Shown here piece after piece: positions 24,296-33,415 of a stretch of DNA of 64,000 nt (position 1 is its first letter; every line of letters starts with the position of its first letter). The position numbers and the translations under genes were made by a program. Origin of the DNA: an uncultured Methanomicrobiaceae archaeon (GTDB taxonomy: Archaea; Halobacteriota; Methanomicrobia; Methanomicrobiales; Methanoculleaceae); contig CAWGXH010000004.1 of assembly GCA_963826525.1 (NCBI GenBank), forward strand, positions 544,001 to 608,000, read 5' to 3'. The notes under the pieces were generated by a model that was not told the origin of the DNA, ran no database searches, and worked only from the letters and a program-made list of their open reading frames with translations.

Positions 24296-24842
24296 CCGGC
24301 ACATCGCCCTGCTGCTGCACGATACCCGCCCTGCAGAGGCGCCCGACGATCAGAGCGGCAAGGACACCGCCGATGCCACCGAAGATCAGGTGCGTGACCG
24401 ACGATGCCCCGATGCCGATGAGGATGAAGGTGCTTTCGACGCCCAGAAGCAGGTGCACGCCGTAATTCACCACCATCTTCACGATGTTCCCGGCGGCGCC
24501 GGCGATGAACCCGACCACCGGATGGTCGAGGCGGTAGCCGAACGCAATCGAGACGAGGTCGACGGTGACTCCCATTGCGGTGTACTTGAAGATATCGAAG
24601 ACATGGAGCGCCTCCACGCCGAAGAACGATGCAAGAATGCCGGATACGAGACCGACGTACGTTCCGGCCCCGGGTCTCCGCACGATGGCGGTGCCGATGA
24701 TGACCGGCACCACCCAGAGAATCCCCGAACTCCCGGGGGTGCGGAGCGGAACCTCGATCTCACGCACGACGAAGACGAGCGCTCCGAAGAGCGAGAGCAA
24801 GGCGATCTCGTACAGGCTGAAGTAGGAAGGGCGCTTCATCAT
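24285..24842 (-). CDS. ECF transporter substrate-specific S component
   Basis: 185 aa, about 6 hydrophobic segments, N-terminal LxEIAxxxxxGAL pattern, RRPGAG; overlaps the ATPase gene. Confidence 0.8.
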   Translation of the reverse strand: MMKRPSYFSLYEIALLSLFGALVFVVREIEVPLRTPGSSGILWVVPVIIGTAIVRRPGAGTYVGLVSGILASFFGVEALHVFDIFKYTAMGVTVDLVSIAFGYRLDHPVVGFIAGAAGNIVKMVVNYGVHLLLGVESTFILIGIGASSVTHLIFGGIGGVLAALIVGRLCRAGIVQQQGDVPDDG

Positions 24843-25633
24843 CTCTGATCCTCCACAAACGTTGATTCGAGCTCAAGCCGGAAGCCTTCAGGCTGCGGCC
24901 GATCCACGGCGACCATCAGGAACATGTCGGCGACCATGTTTCCGCCGGTGTAGGTGATGTAAAACGATCCCCCGGAATCGGCAGTTTCGGTCACCTGTCC
25001 TTTCCGGGCATCGAGATCGGTAGTTATATGGACTCCGTCCAGACCGGAACCGACCCGCTCGAACCAGAACGTGCAGGTATCCCGTGCCACATCATCGTCA
25101 ACCGTATGCGGGGGATCTGCCACCTCGAGGGTATACCGGTCGCCCTCCCGGAGAGGGGACACCCACCGCGGCGGTTCGCCGGATGCAGCCGTTCCGGAGA
25201 CGTAGTATCCGGAAGTACCGTAGCCGGACTGCCGGTTCGTCCATGTCCTCCCGTCTCCGACATGGAGCCCGTAGACACTGAACGATGCCGTCCCGGCAAG
25301 ATCCGTGAACCGATAGTCGACCCTGACCGAGCCGGTCCTGGAGAGGGCAGGGTTCCCGCCGACTGGCGCCACCCCGAGTTCCACGAAGGCGAGATACCAG
25401 TCTCCGGAAGGCAGGCTGCCCGGGCCGATGGCGATCGCTGTTGCGTAGGGGCGCCAGGACTGGGGGCCGTACCGGAAATCCTGGCAATCGACGGCCGCTG
25501 TGTGCAGGGAAGGGGCAGCCGAACCGCTGTCCTGGGCATAGACCTGCCAGACGGCTGTATCGACCAGGAACGATGCGGCAACGACTACCGCCAGCACGCC
25601 GACCGCCAGCATGACCCTCCTGCGAAACTCCAT
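24839..25633 (-). CDS. N-terminally anchored protein with circularly permuted domain X
   Basis: DFRYGPQSWRP...WTNR...SGY block precedes GLDGVHITTD...GQVT...FYITYTGG...LMVAV block. Confidence 0.75.
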   Translation of the reverse strand: MEFRRRVMLAVGVLAVVVAASFLVDTAVWQVYAQDSGSAAPSLHTAAVDCQDFRYGPQSWRPYATAIAIGPGSLPSGDWYLAFVELGVAPVGGNPALSRTGSVRVDYRFTDLAGTASFSVYGLHVGDGRTWTNRQSGYGTSGYYVSGTAASGEPPRWVSPLREGDRYTLEVADPPHTVDDDVARDTCTFWFERVGSGLDGVHITTDLDARKGQVTETADSGGSFYITYTGGNMVADMFLMVAVDRPQPEGFRLELESTFVEDQR

Positions 25634-25635
25634 GG

Positions 25636-26340
25636 TCAGTTCCTTTTTACCGCAATCAGTTCCCCGTCCCGTTCATCCACGAAGAGAACCGCCCGGCCGT
25701 TGATGGGGCATGCTTTGGCGGCTTTGCCCTCTTCCAGCATGATGATCCCCCGGGTAACCCGTCGGCCGTCGAGCGTCATGATCTCGTCGACCCCTGCGCC
25801 GAGGAGGTCATCCACCGATGTCGGACCGGTATGGCTGCGGATGGTGCCCTTCTGAAGGAACCTGCCGTCGTTCCGTGTCGCTGCAAGTCCGAGGCCGGCC
25901 ATCGCACCGATCACACCGTCTTCCGTGCCGCCGAGGCCTTTGAGCGGTATGCCGAGGTTCGCTGCCAGTCTCCGGGCGCGTTCCTGGGTGAGCACCGTCT
26001 GCTGGGCGTCACGACCGAATGCGATCACGGCCGCGGCAACCTGATCGAGGGTCGCTCCGGCAAGACCGGGGTCGCTTCCCTCTATGAAGTCGGCGAGCAT
26101 CGTCTCCTCGGCTATGGCGAGGGCCATAGCAAGCGGCCCACTACCGTCGGCCTCGATATGGACGACGGCGCAGCTGTTGTGGGATGTGAACGGGATCGAG
26201 GGGTGGACAAAGAGCTGGTGCCGGGTGACACCCGACACGGGGTGGTGTTCGGCGATCGCGTCGGCGACCGCACGGGCGAGGCGGCCCGTTCCCCGCGATT
26301 CCAGGTTATCGGTATCGTCAAGAGCAAGAAGTATGGTCAT
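25636..26340 (-). CDS. TiaS N-terminal-like (DDTD) protein lacking tRNA-binding domains
   Basis: LALDDTD..GTG, HQLFVHPSIPFTSHNS, SDPG, GVIGAMAG; only 234 aa. Confidence 0.65.
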   Translation of the reverse strand: MTILLALDDTDNLESRGTGRLARAVADAIAEHHPVSGVTRHQLFVHPSIPFTSHNSCAVVHIEADGSGPLAMALAIAEETMLADFIEGSDPGLAGATLDQVAAAVIAFGRDAQQTVLTQERARRLAANLGIPLKGLGGTEDGVIGAMAGLGLAATRNDGRFLQKGTIRSHTGPTSVDDLLGAGVDEIMTLDGRRVTRGIIMLEEGKAAKACPINGRAVLFVDERDGELIAVKRN

Positions 26341-26400
26341 GGTACGTTTCTTCCCGAATAGACTGGGAAGATGGAGACGAAAAACGTGCTGAAACCCGGT

Positions 26401-27879
26401 TCAGGTTAACGAAACCTCATTAATTTCTCCGATAAAGGCTTCGATCGCCCGGATAACCGTCAAAAACCCATTTTCCTCGGGTGGGGACTGGGCATAGGAG
26501 ACGGCCGCACACTGCTCGAGGATCGAAGCGGCTGCCCGGGTCTCATGACCACGCTCCCGGAGCAGATGCAGCACATCGCCGTCGGCAAGTTCCGTGCCGC
26601 TCCCGTATGCGGACGAAAGGTACAACCGCAGTGCCCTGCCGGCCGTTCCGTACGCCTCCTTCCGGTCGCCACGGTCAAACTGGCTGCGTGCCTCATCGAG
26701 GAGCCGGAGGACATCATCGCGGGGGTCGCGAGGCGGCAGCGGGACGGATGGTTCCTCCGGCTCCGGCGCTCCCGGCGCCCTGTTCCGGATGAGGTACGCG
26801 ATCAGCAGGATGATGCAGAGTGTGCCCACACCGGCGAGCAAAAAGAGACCCGGCGGCTCGTCGAGATCCACCGACCGCACCTCTCCTCCGGCGAGAGTGG
26901 CGATGATCCTCGCCGTCCGGTTCTGACCGTCGGCAAACCCGACGCTGACGAAGATAGTACCGGGAGTAGCGTTCACCGCCGCCGATACCGGGAAGAAACC
27001 GGCATCCGCGAGTTCGCCCTCGAACCGACAGTAGGTCTCGTTTACCGTCAGGATGTCAGGCACCACGAGCGACCGGTCGGTGGCGTATGCTGCATACGCT
27101 GCGCTGCCGTTCACCACCAGGCCGCCTGCGTGTAGTATCTCCCCGGAGCCGCTCCGGTAGCCGAAAGAAAATGTTCCGGTGCCTTCGTCGGTGGGATCGA
27201 TGGTCGTCGTTGCCCGGACGTACCCGTGCGATGTGAGAATGGTATGGATCTCCAGAACCAGCGGGTCATCGTCAAGATTGGCAAACAGTGCGGATCGCAG
27301 AGCCTGCATGCGATCACGCTCTTGTGCCGCCTGCTCCTGGAGCGAACCCAGATCCTGCGCCATCTGCCCGGGTAGTTTTCCGGAAGACGGCGAAGACGAC
27401 CCGCCGGAACCTGAGGAGGTCGAGACCGACGAGACGGAGTTCACCTGCTGCTCCGGCTGCTCCGCTTGTTCCGTCGCCGAACTAACGACATGAACTCGAA
27501 TCTCCGGGAGGGCGACGCGGGTGCGCGGCACGTCCCCGTACTCGAACGCGACCTCGAAGAAAAACGTGCCGGGCTCCGCTGCTGTCCCGGCGCCGGCGGC
27601 TATCTCCCGTGTATCCTGGAAGAGCGTGATCGACCGGGACTGCGTCCTGGCCGCCGGACTGCTCCCTTCCCCGCCCTCCGGCACAAACCGCACCCCTTGG
27701 GTGAGCACCCCGGTGGTATCGGCTCCGAGTGTGTTCTCGACGGCGATCGGGATTTTAACATCCTCGCCGACCTGCACGGTGTAGTCGGACTGCCCGGTCG
27801 AGAGGGTGATGCCCCCGGCCACCGCGGGAGCCACGCACCCGAGAGCGACCAGGACGGCCAGAAAGAGAAGACGCCTCAC
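26401..27879 (-). CDS. Membrane-anchored BatD-like accessory protein
   Basis: Signal peptide, Ig-like region, TM near C-terminus, helical tail (LRLYL...YA) typical of MoxR-VWA operons. Confidence 0.55.
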   Translation of the reverse strand: MRRLLFLAVLVALGCVAPAVAGGITLSTGQSDYTVQVGEDVKIPIAVENTLGADTTGVLTQGVRFVPEGGEGSSPAARTQSRSITLFQDTREIAAGAGTAAEPGTFFFEVAFEYGDVPRTRVALPEIRVHVVSSATEQAEQPEQQVNSVSSVSTSSGSGGSSSPSSGKLPGQMAQDLGSLQEQAAQERDRMQALRSALFANLDDDPLVLEIHTILTSHGYVRATTTIDPTDEGTGTFSFGYRSGSGEILHAGGLVVNGSAAYAAYATDRSLVVPDILTVNETYCRFEGELADAGFFPVSAAVNATPGTIFVSVGFADGQNRTARIIATLAGGEVRSVDLDEPPGLFLLAGVGTLCIILLIAYLIRNRAPGAPEPEEPSVPLPPRDPRDDVLRLLDEARSQFDRGDRKEAYGTAGRALRLYLSSAYGSGTELADGDVLHLLRERGHETRAAASILEQCAAVSYAQSPPEENGFLTVIRAIEAFIGEINEVSLT

Positions 27880-28823
27880 GGCAGGATCCTCCCCCGGCCG
27901 TAGCGGAGGTAGATCTCCAGCAGGATGACCGCGAGCGCCCCGGCGAAGAAGAGATCGCGGATGCTCGTATCTTTCGGCTCACGCGGGATTTCATCGGTCA
28001 GCCCGGCATAGATCGTTGCAAGCGTCCCTTCGTCGGCCGCTGCGTAGTACTCCCCCCCGGTCGTGCGGGCGATCGCCCGCAGCGTCTCTTCGTCGAGCGC
28101 AGCATACCCGGACACGCCCGTCTCGTCGTATCCCGTCGTCACGGAGTCAGGGGAGCCGATGCCCACGGCGTAGACCGGCACGTTCCGTTCGCGGGCGTAG
28201 GCAGCGGCCTCTGCCGGAGAGAAGGTGCCTGCGTTGTTGGCGCCGTCGGAGAGGAGAACAACCACCCGGTGCCGGTTCGGGATGGAATCGGCCATGTCGA
28301 TGCCGAGGGCCAGTCCGTCGCCGAGGGCCGTCTGTCCCTCCCGGGCGCGGACACCGCGGAGCCTCTCGATCACCCGGTCCCGGTCGGGAGAGAGGTAGGC
28401 AGCGCTCGTTGCACCGGACTCGAAGACGACGACTCCTGCATAGTCATCCTGATTGAGGTGGGAGAGCAGGATCTCCGCGGCGGCTTTTGCAGCCTCCAGA
28501 CGGGTGGGCTGGTAATCGGTCGCCTGCATGCTCCCGGAGGTATCCAGCACCAGCACCACGTTGACACCCTCGTCCACCCCTTCGAGCGGGATCTGCGGGT
28601 CGGCAAGGCCCACCAGGATGAGAGCGAGGGCGAGGAGGGCGAGGGCGAAGAGGGTATGCGGGCGCCGCAGGCGATTCGAACCCCGGGCTTGCGCGGCAAC
28701 CACGACCCGGGAGAAGGTGAGCGCCGCATATGATCGTTCCCGAACCGCTCGCCGGTAGAGGAGGCAGAGAACCGGAATCGCGGCCAGGCCGACGAGCCAG
28801 GCAGGTTCTGCAAATCCGGTCAT
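27876..28823 (-). CDS. BatA-like VWA domain membrane protein
   Basis: FAEPAWL, MIDAS DTSGSM, TALGD, LLSDG, LRAIA..TGGEYY. Confidence 0.9.
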   Translation of the reverse strand: MTGFAEPAWLVGLAAIPVLCLLYRRAVRERSYAALTFSRVVVAAQARGSNRLRRPHTLFALALLALALILVGLADPQIPLEGVDEGVNVVLVLDTSGSMQATDYQPTRLEAAKAAAEILLSHLNQDDYAGVVVFESGATSAAYLSPDRDRVIERLRGVRAREGQTALGDGLALGIDMADSIPNRHRVVVLLSDGANNAGTFSPAEAAAYARERNVPVYAVGIGSPDSVTTGYDETGVSGYAALDEETLRAIARTTGGEYYAAADEGTLATIYAGLTDEIPREPKDTSIRDLFFAGALAVILLEIYLRYGRGRILP

Positions 28824-29719
28824 TTAACCACCCCGGTACCGCGGGTGCGCGTAGAGGCGGCGCAGGGGCAGGTCATAGGGCTCCTGTGTGGAGACCCGGA
28901 CTTCAGGCACCCGGCACGAACGCAGAGCGCCTCCGATACGGTCGTCCGCCACGGCTACGGCATCGGCATAGGCGCTGCGGAAGGAGGAATCCGAGGTATC
29001 TACGAGCACCTGCTCGCCGGTCTCCGGATCTTCGAGAATCACCTGCCCCACGTCCGGGAGGCAGTATTCCGCGGGATCGGTCACCCTGATGGCAGTGGTC
29101 TCATGCCGCCGCCGCAGGTGTGCCAGATCCCGGGCGAACCCGGGGTCGTCGAAGTCGGAGAGGACGATGACCGAACATCTGCGCCTGACCCTCGTGCAGA
29201 GAAACCTGAAGGCGGCGGAGAGGTCGGTGCCCGTCCCCGAAGGATCGGTGCGTAACGAGGGCCTGCACCAGCCTGATGACCTGGCTCCTGCCCGCACGGG
29301 CCGGGATAAACTCGCTCGACGCGGTCCGTGGCGATGCAGAGGCCCACCCGCCCGTTCTGCCGGTGGGCGGCAAAGATCAGGCTGGCGGCCACTTCGAGTA
29401 TCCGGCGATCTTTGCTGGTCGAGGACCCGAACGCCGCGGACCCCGACCGGTCGAGGACGAGGTAGTAGGTCTGGTTCCGCTCTTCCTCGTACTCCCTGAC
29501 GAAGAGCCGATCAAGGCGTGCCGAGGCCTTCCAGTCGATCGTCCGGGCGTCGTCGCCGGGGAGGTACTCGCGGAGGTTTGCAAGGGCCATCCCGCTCCCC
29601 CGGAGCGGCGATCGATAGGGTCCGGCACAGGAGCCATCGGCCAGCGCGGCGGTTCGGATCTCGATCCGCCGGATCTGCCGGAGCAGGTCTGCCCGTTCCT
29701 CGGCATCGCTCACCGTCAT
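28824..29719 (-). CDS. DUF58 family protein (frameshifts near 29250-29310)
   Basis: REYLPGDDARTIDWKASAR, VREYEEER, LDRSGS, VLSDF. Confidence 0.88.
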
Positions 29720-30711
29720 GGCACCTCCACGACCGCCAGAATGTCCCGGACAACCTCTTCCGGGAGGATATCGTCCGCCTCCGCTTCGAAGGTGAGGAGC
29801 ACCCGGTGCCTGAGGACCGCGAGGGCAAGGGCGCGGATATCGTCCGGGACGACGTAACCCCGCCCGTTCAGCACCGCGTGCGCCTTGCCGCAGAGAAGCA
29901 GGGCCAGCGATGCACGGGGGGAGGCTCCAAAAGCGATCACAGGCTCGAGATCGAGGCCGTAGGCTGCCGGGTGCCGGGTGGCATCGACGAGCCGAGCGGC
30001 ATAGCGTTTCACAGACGGATCGGCGTATACCGACCTGACGAACGACTGGAGGGCGACCACACCGGCGGCATCGATGACCGGCGCCGGAGGGGCGGGCTGC
30101 TCCGCCGTGAACCGGTCGAGGATAGCGACCTCGTCATCGAGGCTCGGGTAGTCCATCCGGATCTTGAGCATAAACCGGTCGAGCTGCGCCTCGGGGAGCG
30201 GGTAGGTGCCTTCCGATTCGAGCGGGTTCTGGGTGGCGAGGACGAAGAACGGATGCGGCAGCGGATACGTCTCGCCCTGAATGGTGACCTGCCGCTCCTG
30301 CATCGCCTCGAGGAGGGCGGACTGCACCTTCGGCGGGGCGCGGTTGACCTCGTCGGCAAGGATGATCTGGTGGAAGATCGGCCCCTGGATGGTCCGGAAG
30401 GCGGCTGTGTGCCGGTCGTAGATCCGGGTCCCGGTAATATCGGCAGGGAGGAGATCGGGGGTAAACTGAAGGCGGGCGAAGGTGCAGTCGAGGCAGTGCG
30501 CGAGGGTCCTGACCGTGAGCGTCTTCGCGATCCCGGGAACTCCTTCGAGGAGGGCATGACCGCCGGCAAGCACCGCCACGAGCACCTGGTCAACAACCGC
30601 CTCCTGCCCGACGATCACCGTCTCTATTCCGGAACGAACCTCATCGAGAGCGGCTGCGTGCTCCTGTGCCTGGCGATTGAGCGCCGAAATCTCTGTATCC
30701 ATGTTTCCCAT
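29716..30711 (-). CDS. moxR: MoxR family AAA+ ATPase
   Basis: GVPGIAKT, QFTPDLLPAD, ADEVNRAPPKVQSALLEAM, ATQNPLE, PEAQLDRF, GASPRA. Confidence 0.95.
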   Translation of the reverse strand: MGNMDTEISALNRQAQEHAAALDEVRSGIETVIVGQEAVVDQVLVAVLAGGHALLEGVPGIAKTLTVRTLAHCLDCTFARLQFTPDLLPADITGTRIYDRHTAAFRTIQGPIFHQIILADEVNRAPPKVQSALLEAMQERQVTIQGETYPLPHPFFVLATQNPLESEGTYPLPEAQLDRFMLKIRMDYPSLDDEVAILDRFTAEQPAPPAPVIDAAGVVALQSFVRSVYADPSVKRYAARLVDATRHPAAYGLDLEPVIAFGASPRASLALLLCGKAHAVLNGRGYVVPDDIRALALAVLRHRVLLTFEAEADDILPEEVVRDILAVVEVP

Positions 30712-30743
30712 GCTGATTCCTGAAGAAACGTGAGTGGAGATGC

Positions 30744-30789
30744 TATATGACCCTTGTCAGTTTACTATGAGTCAACCTAATGCGGTTAA
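30744..30789 (-). promoter_or_regulatory. moxR operon promoter: TATA-like 30744-30749 and TTAA-N10-TTGA box 30772-30789
   Basis: AAACTGACAAGGGTCATATA matches AAATTAACAACGGTCTTATA of copy 3 at 16/20; same box spacing as the other three promoters. Confidence 0.65.
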
Positions 30790-30804
30790 CAGCACAGGTT
30801 CCGG

Positions 30805-31230
30805 GTGCGGGAAGGCTCCCGCGGCTGTACCCCCGACCACTGCACAGCCCCGACAAATCTGCCGATCCAGCGGAGATCGCGGTTTTCGGACGGTGAAAGG
30901 TGCCGCTTACCGTCCGATAATCACAGCCCGATACGAAACTAAAATGCTCACCTCCGTATCGGACTGTGCAAGAGGTCCGGCAATGTCGCAGCGAACCGGG
31001 GGAGATATCCGAGAAAAAGGTAGTCGGCACCTGCCGGTGAAGAAGGTTAGCGCAGAGGAACATGATCTCTCCGTATGAAATTTCAGCCTCGGGGGTAGGA
31101 CCGAGGAGAAGGGGTTCGCTCCCTCCCCCGGTTCCATTCCGACTAAGTTCCCGGGATTGGAGCGGTCGTGGAGACTGGTTACTCTCATCCAAAGACTCGG
31201 CCTGGTCTCCAGGATCCCTCTGGTCGCACC
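30805..31230. other. Hairpin-dense non-coding element
   Basis: Stems at 30886-30917, 30922-30968, 31087-31106 and a perfect 12-bp pair 30993-31004/31123-31134; no credible ORF. Confidence 0.5.
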
Positions 31231-31279
31231 TTTTCAACTCTTCCCATCAGATGACCCCGATATAATGCATAACTCCTAC

Positions 31280-33386
31280 GTGCGACAAGAGGCTGTATTC
31301 CGGATTGTGCCATGCTATCCCCTTCGTTCGGGATATTCCTACCGCAGCATGCATTTCTGGCGACGGAATTGTGTGAAGCCTGCGGAACAACGTGGAGAAC
31401 ACCGGAAGTCTGATCCGGTCAATCCGCCAGGAAAAGGATGTCATGGAGAAGCATACGCTGAATCATCGAAAGGGTCGTAATACGCGACAAGCGAAACCAG
31501 ACCGATGCGCTTGAACCAAAATGGTATGGAATCAGGTTAAACCGGTTGTAGGAACGGTTTAACGAACGAACGGACGGTTCCCGGCCTAAAGATGGCTCCT
31601 AAAACATCCGCAGTATCCAGAGTACAGAACTGGTAACCCGTATGCGCGCCTCGGAAGAGGTAGAGAACTCCGCGAGGAGAACCGATACCGCAGACGGGAG
31701 AGGATGCAGCAAAAAGCCAACGCCTGCCTGTAATGGGTAGGATAGGAACACTTGTTCTGACCTGAAAGGGTGCTGACTTGCTGCAGGTGCTTCACGGCAA
31801 AGAAAGGAGGTATACCTGTGAAAGTATGTCGTTCAACGACGCCGACCGGCGAGAAGCATACTGACAAGGAACTCGCCCGGCAATGGAACTCCATTGACTG
31901 GGAAAAGTGAGAACCAACGTCAACAGGCTACAGACCCGGATTGCAAAGGCAACACGCGAAAGACAATGGAACCTCGTGAAACGGCTCCAGTATCTGCTGA
32001 CCCACTCGCACTCTGCAAAACTCCTTGCAGTGAGATCGGTCACGCAGAACCGGGGCGCACGTACCCCGGGAATCGACGGCGAACGCTGGACAGACCCCTC
32101 TCAGAAAATGAGGGCTGCATTGAGTCTTACCAGTAACCAGTATCGCGCGCAACCACTAAAACGTATCTATATCCCAAAACCCGGGAAGGATACGAAACGC
32201 CCGCTCTCCATTCCGATCATGCACGACCGGGCCATGCAGGCGCTCTACGCGCTGGCCCTACAGCCCGTAGCGGAGACCTGCGCCGACAAACGGTCATTCG
32301 GGTTTCGGCTGTTTCGGAGCGCTCAGGATGCGGCACAATACGCATTCTTCTGCCTCCACCACCCGCAATCTGCTCCATGGATTCTGGAAGGAGACATCCT
32401 GGGATGCTTTGACAACATTTCCCACGACTGGCTGAAGGTGAACATCCCTCTGGAGCAGTCAGTCATGACACAGTTCCTCAAGGCAGGGTTCGTGTTTGAA
32501 CAGGCACTCTACCCGACGGACAAGGGAACTCCGCAAGGAGACCTGATATCCCCGATTCTGGCCAATATGGCTTTAGATGGGATTGAAGACACTCTTGATG
32601 AGATGTTCCCGAAGATGAAGGTGCATTTCATTCGATACGCCGATGATTTTCTCATCACCGCTCCTTCGAAGGAGGTCGCAGAAGACATCCGCGAGCATGT
32701 CAGGAAATTCCTTGCAGAAAGAGGCCTTGAACTCTCCGAATCGAAAACCGTGGTCACACATATCGATGAAGGGATCGATTTCCTCGGCTGGAATTTCCGG
32801 AAGTACCAGGGAACGCTCCTCATCAAGCCCTCGCGGAAGTCTGTCGAGAAGATCACGGAACCGATCCGAGAGATCATTCACAAAGGCGCCGCCTGGACGC
32901 AGGAAGACCTGATACGAGCACTGAACCCGGTCATCGTGGGATGGGCTAACTATCACCGGCACGTCGTGGCGAAACAGGCATACCAGCGGCTGGATGCCAT
33001 CCTCTGGAACATGCTCTGGAAATGGGCCAAACAAAGACATTCGAACAAGAGCCACACGTGGGTTGCACGGCGATACTGGCATTCCGAAGGCACGAACAAC
33101 TGGGTCTTCAAAACAGATGCTGCAAAACTCGTCCGATTTGCCGACACGAAGATTCGCAGACACTCCATGGTGAAACTCGATGCAAATCCTTACCTGGACA
33201 GAGGATACTTCCTCGCCAGAAAGGAGAGAATGAGAAAGCAGACGCCCGGGAGCCAGACGCGATTATCACTTTTCGCATACTGCCGCCCGATATTCGGGTT
33301 GTGAAGTGCTTGAGCGGAGTGCGGTGAAAGTCGCACGCTCCGTTCTGAGAAGGGGGCGTGGGAGGAATCCTACGTCCCTATTCGAC
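31280..33386 (+). mobile_element. Group II intron, full length (IIB/chloroplast-like type inferred)
   Basis: 5' GTGCG at 31280; domain V GAGCGGAGTGCGGTGAAAGTCGCACGCTCCGTTC 33312-33345; domain VI ending ..AC 33386; EBS1 GTAGGA (31548-31553, in a hairpin loop) complementary to IBS1 TCCTAC (31274-31279). Confidence 0.93.
31818..33304 (+). CDS. ltrA: Intron-encoded reverse transcriptase/maturase without HNH domain (frameshift in A-run near 31905)
   Basis: GGAGG then GTG 31818; WNSIDW joins VNRLQTRIAKA; TPGIDG, RPLSIP, TPQG, YADD, FLG, domain X LNPVIVGWANY. Confidence 0.92.
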
Positions 33387-33415
33387 GTTATTCAAGAGAG
33401 CTGAGAACGCCCCAT

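Noticed and set aside
31818-33304. RT as a DGR, retron or CRISPR-associated RT
   Set aside because: It lies within intron domains with domain V/VI and a maturase domain. There is no TR/VR pair with A-specific substitutions, and no avd, cas genes or array.
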